From Octopus vulgaris (lineage: Eukaryota): a DNA stretch of 64,000 bases. The stretch spans positions 66,960,001-67,024,000 of the forward strand of contig OX597826.1 in the NCBI GenBank assembly GCA_951406725.2. Direction: 5' to 3'. Both the position numbers and the translations under genes were made by a program. Under the pieces are notes generated by a model, which was not told the DNA's origin, did no database searches, and was given only the letters and a program-made list of their open reading frames with translations. Below, in pieces: positions 32,049 to 51,425 of the stretch. Numbering within the stretch: the first letter of the stretch is position 1; each line of letters begins with the position of its first letter.

Positions 32049-32282
32049 ACACGCACATACACAAATACACGCACGCACACACGCACATACACAAATACAC
32101 GCACGCACACACAACGCACCCGTATCCAAACGCACCAAACATTTCAATTTCTCAATTTTTCCAAAGAAAAAAATACGAGAGGAGAAAAAGGCACCAAATA
32201 CGAGCTAACATTAGAAACCAATATGTATTGATACACACACACACATAAACATATATATAAATACACATACATACACACACAA

Positions 32283-32329
<47 letters not shown>

Positions 32330-32527
32330 CATACACGTATGTATCTATATATGTGTATGATATATATGCATGTATATATACATATATATGTATATATATA
32401 CATACATATATATATGTATGTTTGTATATATGTGTATAATATATATGCATGTATATACACACACAAATACACACTCACACAGATACACACACACATATAT
32501 ATATATTCATATTCTATTATTCTTTCA

Positions 32528-32735
32528 TTCTTTTACTTGTTTCAGTCATTTGTCTGCGGCCATGCTAGAGCACCGCCTTTAGTAAAAAAACCCAGAACTT
32601 ATTGTTTGTAAGCACAGTACTTGTTTTACCAGCCCTATTTTTCGAACCGCTCAGTTACGTGGACGTAAACACACCAGCATCGGTTGTCAAAGGATGGTGG
32701 GAGACAAACACATACACAGACATACACACACGCAT

Positions 32736-32768
<33 letters not shown>

Positions 32769-32805
32769 CGACGGGATTCTTTCAGTTTCCGTCTACGAAA
32801 TCCAT
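32528..32805 (-). mobile_element. SINE family A
   Basis: Reverse-complement tail and core. Confidence 0.82.
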
Positions 32806-33618
32806 GTCTACCAAGATGAAGTGTTTTCCTTGATAACAGAACGCGCCGCTCGTTCCTGGAATAATTAGATCATAAATATAATCGGCAGACCACGCACCTT
32901 CAAAACACATACCATACACAAGTATGTGTGTGTGTGTATGTATGCATATATGCATACATTCACACAGAGACAGTCAAGCATACTTGTATATAGCTATGTG
33001 CAAATGAAGCAACATTAAATTAAATAGCTATTCATATTTAATGCTTAACGTATATAAAACTTTCATAGGCAAGATACACTCGGCTTTTGTCCAAGATAAT
33101 ATCTCTTAAAGAGTGCCGTGTTAAAAACACAATACATACCGGTGGAAACAAAAAATTTCCCCGCCTGTTCTTTGCGAGGATGTCGGATACACTTCGAAAC
33201 TCTTGGGCTTTGTCAATGGCGTCTACCTGCATCCAGCCAAATGCCTGAATAATTTGTCAGCGTTGAAATAGAGAATAACATACTCATTAATCGTGCGAAC
33301 AGACGCACGGTTGAATAAAAATTCAGTGTCCGCAATACAAACATATTGAGAATTAAACCAAACGTCTATGCTTCATATTTTGACAGGCAACATACACAGA
33401 TACTCACACACATGCACACACGCGTGCATCTGAGTGTGTGTGTGTATGTGTGTGTGTGTATGTGTGTGTGTGTGTATATGTGTGTGTGTGCGTGCGTGCC
33501 TTTATAGAATACTATGTCTTGGGTATTATCTCGGTTGAATCGCCGTAGACAGGTCACTAATAATAGTCACCAATCATAGGTCCTACTTTGCCTAAATCGT
33601 CTGCTACTACTACTGCTG

Positions 33619-33688
<70 letters not shown>

Positions 33689-34091
33689 ACATAAATATAT
33701 TCAACTCATCAGCCCATAGAACTGCATTCCCGCATGTTCCCCAAATACTCTACACTTTTTCTCCAACCACATGTTCTCATGTATTCTCCTCTTCCCCACT
33801 TTTTGTTTACTGTTTTTCATCTGACGTAGAAAAAAGCGTCCGAAGCGTCATGACTCTCCTCTTTCTTTTTCAAGCGTGAAACTAATACATAAATACACAC
33901 ACACATACATACATACACACACATACATACATACATACATACATACATACATACATACATACATACATACACACACATATGTGCATTTCTATCTAATTTG
34001 TCTATCTATCTCTTTATCTCTTATCTCTATTGTGTATTCTACACATACCTACACAGGCACACACACACACGCATACACACACTTCCACATG

Positions 34092-34126
<35 letters not shown>

Positions 34127-35155
34127 ATACATATATATGTATGTGTGTGCGTGTGTGTGTGTATAAACAGTTATAGATTCATCGATTTATGATACATGAT
34201 ATAACACAAAAAATATCTACCCTTATTTCAATGGTAGTTGTGATTACATCATTTGGATATGAAAATGATGATGATGATGTATGTGAAAATAACGTTAACA
34301 TTCCCCTTCCTCCTCCTGCTCCTACTGCTCCTCCTCTTGCTCCTCCTGTTCTTCTTCTTGCTCTTCCTCCTGCTCTTCCTCCTCCTCCTCCCCCTCCCCC
34401 TCCACCACCACCACTACCACCACCACCACCAACAACAACAACAGCAACAACAAAAACAACAACAACAAAAACAACTTCAAAAACAACAACAACAACTTCT
34501 CCACCCCCCTCCTCCTCATCATCCTCCTCCTCCTCCTCATCATCAAGATCAACATCAGCATGAACATCATCATCGCAGAGTCGGTAAAACTGATCGACAA
34601 AAGGTCTGTTGATGTTTATTTATATACGTGCCTTTACATTCTCCGTTCAAAACCAGGCTTAAGTTGATTTTTACTGTTCATCTATTGAGATCGATATTAT
34701 TGATTCTATTCACCTCTCTCTCCCCACAAATTAATTACATTATCTTTTTTTGTTTACGTTAGAAATCAGAGAGGTCGTTGATGACAGGATCGATAAGGTA
34801 TCAGGGTGGTGGACTGGTACAATCTTTAGAATATCGGGGTGGTGGATAGCAATATCTGTTGAGTATCAAAGTCGTGGGTGACGTAATTGATAAAGAATTC
34901 TACACTCTAGTGAGTATCAGGGCAGCGGAGGTGGTGTTGGAAGATATAATTCATAGGGTACCAGGGTGGCAGACTGGTAGAATTGGTTGGATGCTAGTTG
35001 TAGTAGAGAAGAATCGATGGGGTTCTAGGATAGTAATGTTAGAATCGGTACAAGAGCAGGCAAAACACCTTTTACATGCTGTGTTCCAGCCCCGCTGTGA
35101 CTGACCTCGCGTTTTATCGTCCCGCGAAAACTGAGTAAATTACGGTAGATAATAT

Positions 35156-35300
35156 ACGGTAATTCCTCGACTATCGCGTGTGTTGCTTCCAACTCACCTC
35201 CCGCGATAATTGGAAATCTGCGTAGTAGAAACTAGTGTATTGTATATTTTATTGTTACTATTTTTATAATTTGTAAAGAGTATATATTTATTTTATTATA
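35156..35300 (+). mobile_element. Truncated pogo/Tigger-like MITE
   Basis: TA|cggtaattcctcgactatcgcg...gcgtagtagaaac matches the left end of the element at 47278-47456. Confidence 0.55.
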
Positions 35301-35338
35301 TATGCAAAACACCACAGAGGAATCGTCATAAGCTAAAA

Positions 35339-35720
35339 CAACTAGAAAAGCACTCGGAGAGCGCAGACCTCCGCCATTTTAAAATAGATAGGCACGTAAA
35401 ATTACTAATGGAGAAACGAAAATAAACTTTGGAAACAGCAACGTCACCATAGGTTACGTTGAAACGATGAACGTGTTTTCAAGGGAGATAATCAAAGGAC
35501 GTAACATTGTAATACTTCATGTAAAGTAAATATAACAAATGAAAAATCCTTCAAGAATCTCTAAAAATTCCCGGATCACTACCAAAATTTCATCATCTGT
35601 TCTTTATGTATTTACCAATTTTTCCTGCGAGGTTCATCAAAAACCGTTCACAACTTTTTGAGTTATTTTGCACACAGATGGACAGATGGACAGACCAACG
35701 ATTCTGCCAGCTCGCCACTT
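35339..35720. mobile_element. Probable Helentron/Helitron-related non-autonomous element
   Basis: Starts aactagaaaagcactcggagagcgcagacctccgcc and includes ccaaaatttcatca...ttttgagttat...acagatggacagacc, an architecture typical of HINE/DINE-like elements. Family assignment is an inference. Confidence 0.45.
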
Positions 35721-35730
35721 TAAAAATATT

Positions 35731-35762
<32 letters not shown>

Positions 35763-35765
35763 ATG

Positions 35766-35824
<59 letters not shown>

Positions 35825-35832
35825 CATAATAG

Positions 35833-35921
<89 letters not shown>

Positions 35922-36202
35922 TGTTGCGCTTTGATCGATTAGTAAAGTGAGTGAATCGATGACACAGGTCTATCTGCAATGTCTAAAGTAAGACCCTTCG
36001 ATAAAGTAGTTGTTGAACCCTAAGGCGACCTGGAGAGAACAGACCTATCATTAATGGTGCTTCAGTCATTCTGTGTTTCTAAAACAGCATTGTTCAGTAC
36101 AGACTTCGTTTTTTAATGATATCGAGAGAAATTTAACAGCTATTTCTACTAAGGATCAGAAACCACTTAGGAGCTCTTTTCTTGACCTGTTGCTGCTGTT
36201 GT

Positions 36203-36703
36203 CTTCTTCTTCTTCTTCTTACAATAAGGACTCACGCCATTAGCCACAAAGAATAATCTCTAATTCGAGCCTACTCTAAGCTACTAAGAATGCGCGTGGC
36301 AACTTGAAGAACCATCCACCAGACGCGATAGACTGGCGGTTGCACGGGTGCGAAAGCTACGTTGTTATCCTCATTCCGTAAACGGTGGCTTTTAACGGGT
36401 GGAAAGCTGAACCATCCTGGGGTACAGAGGATTCGCAATCTAGACTAGGGTCTGAAAGTTTACCACACCATAGTGGGTTACACCATGGTTCGTCTGATTT
36501 GTGGCAGAAGTAGGAAGAAAGAGTGAAGAAAGTTGTGGTGAAAGAGTATTGCGGGGTTCACCACTCCCCCACACCCGACGGAGCATCGTGGAGCTTAGAT
36601 GCTTTTGCTCAATAAGCACTCACAATGCACGATCTGGGAATCGAAACCGCGTTTTTACGACCGCGAGTCTGCTGCCCTAACCACTGGACCATTGCGCCTC
36701 CAC
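36203..36703 (-). mobile_element. tRNA(Arg)-like SINE family D, long form with a (GAA)n tail
   Basis: Minus-strand head gtggaggcgcaatggtccagtggttagggcagcagactcgcggtcgt...gcggtttcgattcccag; ends in a (gaa)n tail at 36203-36220. Confidence 0.8.
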
Positions 36704-37222
36704 GGTTGTTGTTGTTGTTGAGCCCTAAGGTGACCTGGAGAGAACAGATCTGTCATTAATGGTGATTCAGTCTTTCTGTGTATCAAAAACAGCGTTGTTC
36801 AGTACAGACTTCATTTTTTAAAGACATCGAGAGAAATTTAACAGTTATTTCTACTAGGATCAGAAACCACTTAGGAGCTCTTTTCTTGACCTGTTGTTGC
36901 TGTTATTGCTGTTGTTGCTACAATTGTAGTTGATGTTTATAGATTAATATTAATCGCAGGATTGTGGTGGATTAGCACAATTGTTAGAGTGATGGACAGA
37001 TTAAAATGTGGTCAGGCATTTAATAGCTTCTCCTTACATTGTCGGTTCAAATCCTGCCTAAGTCGAATTTTGCCTTTCACCTTCCGTAGTGGAGTGAAGG
37101 TTGTGTCAAGTCAATAAAATGGAATACCAGTCATATTACAGGGCCTGAATTAAGCAACTATATCCCCGCCACACACACAAGAAAAAATGTGGTTATTTCA
37201 TGAATGTATTATTATAAGCATA

Positions 37223-37654
37223 GGCGCAGGAGTGGCTGTGTGGTAAGTAGCTTGCTAACCAACCACATGGTTCCGGGTTCAGTCCCACTGCGTCGCATCT
37301 TGGGCAAGTGTCTTCTGCTATAGCCCCGGGCCGACCAATGCCTTGTGAGTGGATTTGGTAGACGGAAACTGAAAGAAGCCTGTCGTATATATGTATATAT
37401 ATATATATATGTATGCGTGTGTGTTTGTGTGTGTGTGTTTGTCCCCCTAGCATTGCTTGACAACCGATGCTGGTGTGTTTACCCGTCACTTAGCGGTTCA
37501 GCAAAAAGAGACCGATAAAATAAGTACTGGGCTTACAAAAAAGAATAAGTCCCGGGGTCGATTTGCTCGACTAAAAAAAGGCGGTGCTCCAGCATGGCCG
37601 CAGTCCAAATGACTGAAACAAGTAAAAGAGTAAAAAGAGTAAAAAGAGTAAAGA
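37223..37654 (+). mobile_element. tRNA-derived SINE family A, full-length reference copy
   Basis: ggcgcaggagtggctgtgtggtaag (A box)...ggttcagtccc (B box), cttgggcaagtgtcttc core, internal (TA)n(TG)n tract and a (gagtaaaa)n tail. Confidence 0.92.
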
Positions 37655-38134
37655 GCTTCCGTCGTCATCATCGTCGTCGTCGTCATCGTTGGTGTTTAGC
37701 TGCTGCTGCTGGTGCTGATGCTGCGGCAAATACCACCCTCTTCTCTCCCAAACACACCATCATCTGTCAGTTACGATAAAGAAAACACTCCGAAGATGGC
37801 GCACGTTTCCACTGTTGAGAATATTTTATTATCTTCCCTCTTTCTTTCTCTATCCCTCTGTCTCACATTCTCTCTCTCTCTCTCTCTCTTTCTGTTTTTC
37901 ACCAAGTCTGTTTTTCTCTCTCTCACCCTCTCTCAGTCTCTCTCTCTTTCCCCCTCTCATTGTGCCTCTACCTCTGTCTCTCTCTCTCTTGCCTTTCTAA
38001 TTTTCTTCTGTGCTGCTCTCCATTTAGTTTTCCTTGTTTTCGCACCCCGTTCCCACCCGTCTCTTTCTATTTAAGAGTCTTTTTCTTCATAATCGTTTCT
38101 CTCTCTATTCGCTTGTTGATCTCCAACCACTCTC

Positions 38135-38136
38135 TA

Positions 38137-38205
<69 letters not shown>

Positions 38206-38210
38206 CCTAT

Positions 38211-38256
<46 letters not shown>

Positions 38257-38265
38257 GTATCTATG

Positions 38266-38318
<53 letters not shown>

Positions 38319-38323
38319 GTCTA

Positions 38324-38354
<31 letters not shown>

Positions 38355-38381
38355 GTCTGCCTGCCTGCCTGTCTGTCTGCA

Positions 38382-38442
<61 letters not shown>

Positions 38443-38490
38443 GTCTGTCTGGCTGTCTGCCTGCCTGTCTGCCTGCCTGTCTGTCTGTCA

Positions 38491-38561
<71 letters not shown>

Positions 38562-38692
38562 AATCTATCTAACTTTATCAATAAGATATATTTTATGTGT
38601 TCTTCTTGTTGCTGTTGTGACAGTTTTAAGTTATTGTTCTTTGGGAAATATTATAAGACATTATCACCACCACCACCACCACCACACACACG

Positions 38693-38745
<53 letters not shown>

Positions 38746-39082
38746 TTTTGCTAGTACAATTTAATATTCTAAGTCTTATTTTTCTTGTTGTTCTTATTGT
38801 TTATTTTATGAGATGAAAGGATTCATCATCACCATCATCAACATCATCTATGTGAACATCATTCCTTCTTTTCCTCCTCGCTTCCTCTTTACTTAATTAC
38901 CTATTAGAAATATTAACATCGTAGTAGTAGTAGTGGTGGTGGTGGTGGTGGTGGTAGTAGTAGTAGTAGTATTAATAGTAATAATAGTAGTAGTGGTGGT
39001 GGCAGTGGTTGTATAGTAGTAGTAGTAGTAGTAGCAGTTATAGTAGTAGTAGTTATAGTAGTAGTAGTTATAGTAGTAGTTA

Positions 39083-39152
<70 letters not shown>

Positions 39153-39694
39153 TGCAGTAGTAGTAGTAGAAGCGCAAGTAGCGCAGGAGAAATTGATAAT
39201 TTTTGCCATTTGATGTCGAGATACACTGGGTTGTTGCGTTTTGTAAATTGCTAAGAAGCTCCGTGAGACACGCCCGTTCCAAAGACTGACAGAACAATGA
39301 TGCTACCATATACAACAACAATAACAACAACAACACTATCATCATCATCATCATCATCATCACCGTTCATCAGCCTTCGTCCCCGTATCCATCCTCTTAG
39401 TTACAATGTCGTTAACACTGTCGCCATCGACGAAGGATAACCACAGCCGCCACCACCCTCCACCATCATCAGCACTGCCACCACAAATACCATCACAGGC
39501 AGCACCACAACCAAGACAATTCTCACAACCACCACCACCACCACCACCACCACCACCACCACCACCAGCATTGCAACCACAAATACCATCACCTGCACTA
39601 CCACCAAGACCATTCTCACCACCAGCACCACCACCAGCACCAGCAGCACCACCTCACCACCAGCACCACCACCACCAGCACCACCACCAGCACC

Positions 39695-39725
<31 letters not shown>

Positions 39726-40050
39726 GCAACACCACTATCACCACCAGCACCAACACCATCACCGCCACCACAACCACTACCACAGACACAGACACCTCAA
39801 CAACTACCAGCACCACTAGCACCACCACCACCACCACCACCACCACCACCACCACCACCACCTCTACCACAGCCACCACCACCATCGCCACCATCAGCAA
39901 CACCAGTATCATCACCAGCACCAACACCATCACCGCCACGATCACTGCAACCTCTACCAACACACGAACCTCACTACCACCACCACCACCACCATCACCA
40001 CCACCAACGACAACAACAACAATCCCATCACCACCGCCACCATCCCCACT
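38135..40050. repeat. (ATCT)n/(GTCT)n, (TAG)n and (CAC)n microsatellite field
   Basis: Seen directly. Confidence 0.93.
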
Positions 40051-40399
40051 CCCAGCGTCGCCATTGATTCGCGTTAGATACATGAATGGTATACTGTGAA
40101 GAGGGTTCATCCTATTTCTTGTAATACAGAGGAAAAAGGGTGAATGGTTGGGTAAGTGGAGTAGTGGTGCTGGGAGGGGAGGGGTGGTGTGGAGTGGGTT
40201 GTGAAAGGGGTGGTATGTTGTTGTGTCTATTTGAGGTTATTGAGAAGGGAGGAGATGTTCAAGAATGGCGTAGATAGAGTGAGTTAAGGGTGCATTAAGT
40301 GAATGAATTGCACCCATTTACAGAGATACACGTTCGTGCCTACATTTACAAACTATATTAAGGTATCGAAATACGACTGTATAGATACATGCATGTATA

Positions 40400-46070
<5,671 letters not shown>

Positions 46071-46529
46071 AAATTTGCATATGAAATACTGCTTTTCTTT
46101 GAAACTCGTATTGTTGAAAACAAAACTAGTTTTTCGGATTTTTCATATATCTTCATCCATCTTTTATATTTTTGTTCAGAACAATACATTTCCGTAATTC
46201 AAGGACGTTTCCATATCTTTGCCTTCTTATCTCTTGGATGAAAGTAATAGAATGTTGGTTGTTATTGAGTGAGTTTTTTTTTTTTTTTTTGCTTTTAATT
46301 TCTGCTTTTTCATTTACAGTAATATCATATAAGCGATAGTCTGCATTCTTCTGATTTGTTATATCCGGACTTCTTTCGCTGTTGACGTTAGCTTTATCTG
46401 ACGAATCAGCGAATAGTTATGGCCTGGTATCTGATCTCGGGATCTGACTTGTTTCTGGTATTGTTTTAGCATCATATGAGCTTTAATGCAGAAAAATATA
46501 AACACCAATGGACGAGTTATATTCTCAGT

Positions 46530-46910
46530 TGCATGCAAGGCCGTTGCGGTTAAGCAGCTTGCTTTGCAACCATATGGTTTCAGGTTCAGTGCCACTACGC
46601 GGCACCTTGGACAAATGTCTTCAACTCTGTACTTAGGGTGACCAATGCCTAGTAGGTGAACTTGGTACATGGGGTCTGTGTGGAAGCTTGTAGTATAACT
46701 CTCTCTATATGTATAGGTGTGAGCCTTTGTGTTCATGATTGCCCCTCACTGGGGCTTGACAACCGGCGCTGGTTTGTTTATGTTCGCGTTACTTAGTGGC
46801 TCGGCAAAACACAAACCGATTGAATAAGTACTACATCTAAAAGAAAAAGAAAGAAAGAAAAAGCAGCGGACGGTCGATTTGCCCGGTGAAAACCTTTTTA
46901 AGATGCTGCT
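46530..46910 (+). mobile_element. Diverged SINE family A
   Basis: caaccatatggtttcaggttcagtgccactacgcggcaccttggacaaatgtcttc...ttgacaaccggcgctgg. Confidence 0.7.
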
Positions 46911-47277
46911 GAAACAAATTGCTAAATGATGTTCCAACCATGTCCATCCTGTCAATTATTCAGCCTTTAATTCGATGACTGCATTGCTCTCCATGTCCTT
47001 CATTTTATTATGACTACGGTGTGTGATTTATATGGAGGTGCAACTGCTGTTTCTTTTGGGTCTTGATTTGTTACCAGATACACATTGTACGGTGTGTTCA
47101 TTGTGGTTTATACAATGTTTTGCGATGTCAGAATCGTTAGAGCATCACACAAAATGTACAGCGTTATTTGTTTTTGCCCTTTACATTCTGAGTTCGAATT
47201 TTGCCGAGATCAACCGTGCATTTGATCACTTGGACTTCGATGAAATAAAGAACCAATCAGATACTGAAATCGATATA

Positions 47278-47456
47278 CAGTAATCTCTCGATTATCGCGG
47301 GTGTTACGTCCCCACCCCCCGTGATAGGTGAAAATCCGCGAAGTAGAAACAGCACTGTACTGTATATCTTTTAAATATTACTTTTATAATTTGTATTTAT
47401 TTATTTTATTATAAATGCACGCGATAGGTGAACCGTGATATGGTGATGGATTACTA
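47278..47456. mobile_element. pogo/Tigger-like MITE
   Basis: TA|cagtaatctctcgattatcgcgg...ccgtgatatggtgatggattacta|TA: imperfect TIRs with TA flanks. Confidence 0.65.
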
Positions 47457-47855
47457 TATATGAATTTACGTGGTATGTGTGTGTGTGTGCGTGCGCGCAC
47501 GCGAGTGTGTGACTGAGTGTGTGTGTGTGTGTGTGAGGGTGCGCGCGAATGTGTGTGCTTCGCATAAATAAACGAGGAAACTACTTTCCAGTTAAGAGAT
47601 AAAACTATTGATTTACAGTATAAGCACAAATGTCTCTCTTTTCGCGGTATCGACATCGTCAATTAACTCGTTGACTATACATGACCGGCACATATTTTAT
47701 CGTGTAAACAAAGGCAAAGCAGACTCCATTGGGATGTGGCACAGAAAGAACTTAGAAAGCGTAACTAAATATGGCAATGCATTTTAGCTGACGCTCAATC
47801 GATTCGGTTGCCTCTCCGCCATTGAAACTAGCAGGATATAAAGGCTACATATATT

Positions 47856-48420
47856 GGCGGCGAGCTGGCAGAAACGTTAGCACGCCGGGCGAAATGCTTT
47901 GCGGTATTTCGTCTGCCGTTACGTTGTGAGTTCAAATTCCGCCGTGGTCGACTTTGCCTTTCATCATTTCGGGGTCGATAAATCAAGTACCAGTTACGCA
48001 CTGGGGTCGATGTAATCGACTTAATACCTATGTCTGTCCATGTTTGTCCCCTCTATGTTTAGCCCCTTGTGGGTAATAAAAAAATAGGTATTTCGTCTGC
48101 CGTTACGTTGTGAGTTCAAATTCCGCCGTGGTCGACTTTGCCTTTCATCATTTCGGGATCGATAAATTAAGTACCAGTTACGCACTGGGGTCGATATAAT
48201 CGACTTAATACCTATGTCTGTCCATGTTTGTCCCCTCTATGTTTAGCCCCTTGTGGGTAATAAAAAAATAGGTATTTCGTCTGCCGTTACGTTGTGAGTT
48301 CCAATTCCGCTGTGGTCGACTTTGCCTTTCATCATTTCGGGATCGATAAATTAAGAACCATTTACGCACTGGGGTCGATGTAATCGACTTAATCTGCCCC
48401 TTGTGGGTAATAAAGAAGTA
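47856..48420 (+). mobile_element. SINE family B, head plus a trimer of the 184-bp body, with a 17-bp TSD
   Basis: ggtatttcgtctgccgttacg at 47903, 48087 and 48271; aggatataaaggctaca at 47833-47849 and 48420-48436. Confidence 0.93.
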
Positions 48421-48760
48421 GGATATAAAGGCTACAAAATATCAGGGCTTCTTTCCTCTCTCTTCTATCTATCTTTTACTTGTTTCAGTTATTGCATTGT
48501 GGCCATGCTGGGGTACAGCTTGGAAGGGATTTAGATGAATAAATCAACTGCAGTAATTTATATGTAGTTTGGTAATTATTTCTCTGAGTACGTAAATAAA
48601 CCAACTCCGGTTTTCTGGTGGTTGGGGGACTAATACATACCCAAAGACACTCAAACGCACGCACACATACACTTGTATACATACCTACGTACACACATCT
48701 CTCACCCTTCTCTCCCTCTTTCTCTTTCTCTCTCTCTTTCTCTTTCTCTCTCTCCCTTCC

Positions 48761-48815
<55 letters not shown>

Positions 48816-48913
48816 GTCTATTTGTCAGTAGCTTGCTATTACTCTATCAATACATACTGTACATACATACGTGTGTGAGTATGAGTGTGGGTGTGAGTGT
48901 GTATGTGTGTGTA

Positions 48914-49045
48914 GGCGTGGCTGTGTGGTAAGAAGCTTTCTGCGTGATACCTTGGGCAAATATCTTCTACTATAGCCTCGGGCTGACTGAATTCTTGTGA
49001 GTGGATTTGAGAGACGGAAACTGAAAGAAACCCATCGTATAGATC

Positions 49046-49090
<45 letters not shown>

Positions 49091-49147
49091 GTATATGTGT
49101 GTGTGTGTATGTATATGTATGTATATATATATATAGATATAGATCTG

Positions 49148-49198
<51 letters not shown>

Positions 49199-49470
49199 CT
49201 CTATATATGTATATATATATATATGTGTGTGTGTGTTAGTATTTATGTTTGTGCGTGTGTCTATGTCTATATTTGTCCCCCACCACCACTTGACAACCGG
49301 TGTTAGTGTGCTTACGTCCTTGTAAATTAGCCGTTCGGCAAAGAGATCGATAGAATAAGTACCAGGATTTTAAAAAAATAAAAAATATTGCTAAGGTCGA
49401 TTCATACAAAGAATAATTTTTCGAGGCGGTGCCCCAGCATGGTCGCAGTCCATTGACTGAAACAAGTAAT
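48914..49470 (+). mobile_element. SINE family A with an expanded internal microsatellite
   Basis: Head, core and tail are present; the internal TA/TG/ATCT tract is ~230 bp. Confidence 0.85.
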
Positions 49471-49631
49471 ATATATATAATGACTGAAACATGCTACACA
49501 CGCACACATACACACACACATATATATATGTGGGTGTATATATATATATAATTGTTAAACAGGACATCAAACGTTAAGGCAAGGCAAACATCTCAAGTCA
49601 TACACAATATTATTACAAGAAGAAATTCAAA

Positions 49632-49687
49632 ATCTTACAGCTGTTTCTGGGGTATCCTCGAGTATGGGATATTCCATCATCAGAGAC
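49632..49687 (-). ncRNA. Type-I hammerhead ribozyme with palindromic stem III (PLE type)
   Basis: Minus strand: gtct-CTGATGA-tggaatatcc(catactcga)ggatacccca-GAAA-cagctg-TA-agat. Confidence 0.78.
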
Positions 49688-49954
49688 AAATTGGGGAGAA
49701 GATACGGAAAATGAGAATGGTATATATCAATAAGGAGATAACATAGAGGAAGGGAGTAATAGAATAAGGAGATGGAAAGAGAGAAGAAAACAGACATAAA
49801 ATTTTATAGTTCAAATTTCCGAATTTATAGAAACCAAACAATGAGTCCTTAGGTGCAATCCTGCGTATAGTCTTGTGGGTTAACGTCCTTATATAGTACA
49901 CATCCCAAGAAAAGGGCGTGAACATATCAGCGTTCACTCGAGTAAAAGAGTATA

Positions 49955-49996
<42 letters not shown>

Positions 49997-50066
49997 ATAT
50001 ACATACAGACATTATATATATATATACATACATGCATATATATATGTGTACATATATATATGTATG

Positions 50067-50108
<42 letters not shown>

Positions 50109-50131
50109 GCATACATATATACATTTCTATA

Positions 50132-50214
<83 letters not shown>

Positions 50215-50224
50215 TATATATATA

Positions 50225-50390
50225 CACGGTAGGCTTTCACACAATCTCTATCAACCAAATTCAGTCACCAGGCATTGCTTGGTCCCGGGCTATATTAGAG
50301 GTCGCTAGCTCAAGGTGCTGCGCGATGGGATTGAATGAGAGACCGCGTGGCTGCAAAGCGAGTTTCTTAACCCCACAACCGCACATACGC
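50225..50390 (-). mobile_element. SINE family A, 5' part, diverged
   Basis: Reverse complement of head and core. Confidence 0.65.
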
Positions 50391-50879
50391 CATATTTATC
50401 AATTTTTTTTTTCATTTCACTTTTTATTTATTTTACTTTATATTTATTCTATATGGCAATTAGTGACTATTAGAATCATTGGTTTCATGCCCCCAACGGG
50501 CCCCAGTCTATTGGTTCACTGGGTTTCTGATGGGTGACATGTGAGTATCACGTGTCACCGGGCATTTAAAGTTTCTCGCGGAAATTTATATCCTTCGTTG
50601 ATAGACATCGATAAGCATAGACATGTGCGCGCACACACAAACATATACGTTTGCACACACAAATACACATACACACGATAGGTGTATGCGTATGCGGATT
50701 CTCCACATAATTTTCGTTTATTACAGTCCATTCAGACAAAAAAAAAACATAGCATATCAACGAAAGTGTGTCTATGATAGAAGCCAGTTGTTCAATATGC
50801 CGTGTTGTGGGGGCGAACCAGAGACGTGGTGGTTGCGATGAGATCTTATCAAAAGAAAGCTGCTTCGTTCTTTTAGAAA

Positions 50880-51001
50880 AGTAACGCCTAGTACTTATTC
50901 TATCGGTCTCTTTTGCTAGACCGCTAAGTTACGGGGACTTAAAAACACCAGCATGGGTAGTCAAGCGATGAGGGGGGGACAGACACACAAACATATACAC
51001 A

Positions 51002-51058
<57 letters not shown>

Positions 51059-51190
51059 GACAGGCTTCTTTCCGTTTCCGTCTATCATATCCACTCACAA
51101 GGCTTTGGTGGGCCCGAAGCTATAGTAGAAAACACCTGCCCAAGGTGCCACGTAGTGGGACTGAATTCGGAACCATATGGTACGTAAGTT
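50880..51190 (-). mobile_element. SINE family A
   Basis: ctagtacttattctatcgg...ccactcacaaggctttgg...cccaaggtgccacgtagtgggactgaa. Confidence 0.85.
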
Positions 51191-51376
51191 AAAGGCACCA
51201 GAATTTAGTACGGTATTATCCATATAATTCAAAATGGGGTGATGATTGTAATACATATATAGATATGTCTATATGTGTATATACACACACCTCTGTGTAT
51301 ATGTATACATATGCGCGTGTGTGTGTGTGTAATATATATATAAAGAATGACTATATGTGTATATATTTATGTATAT

Positions 51377-51425
<49 letters not shown>

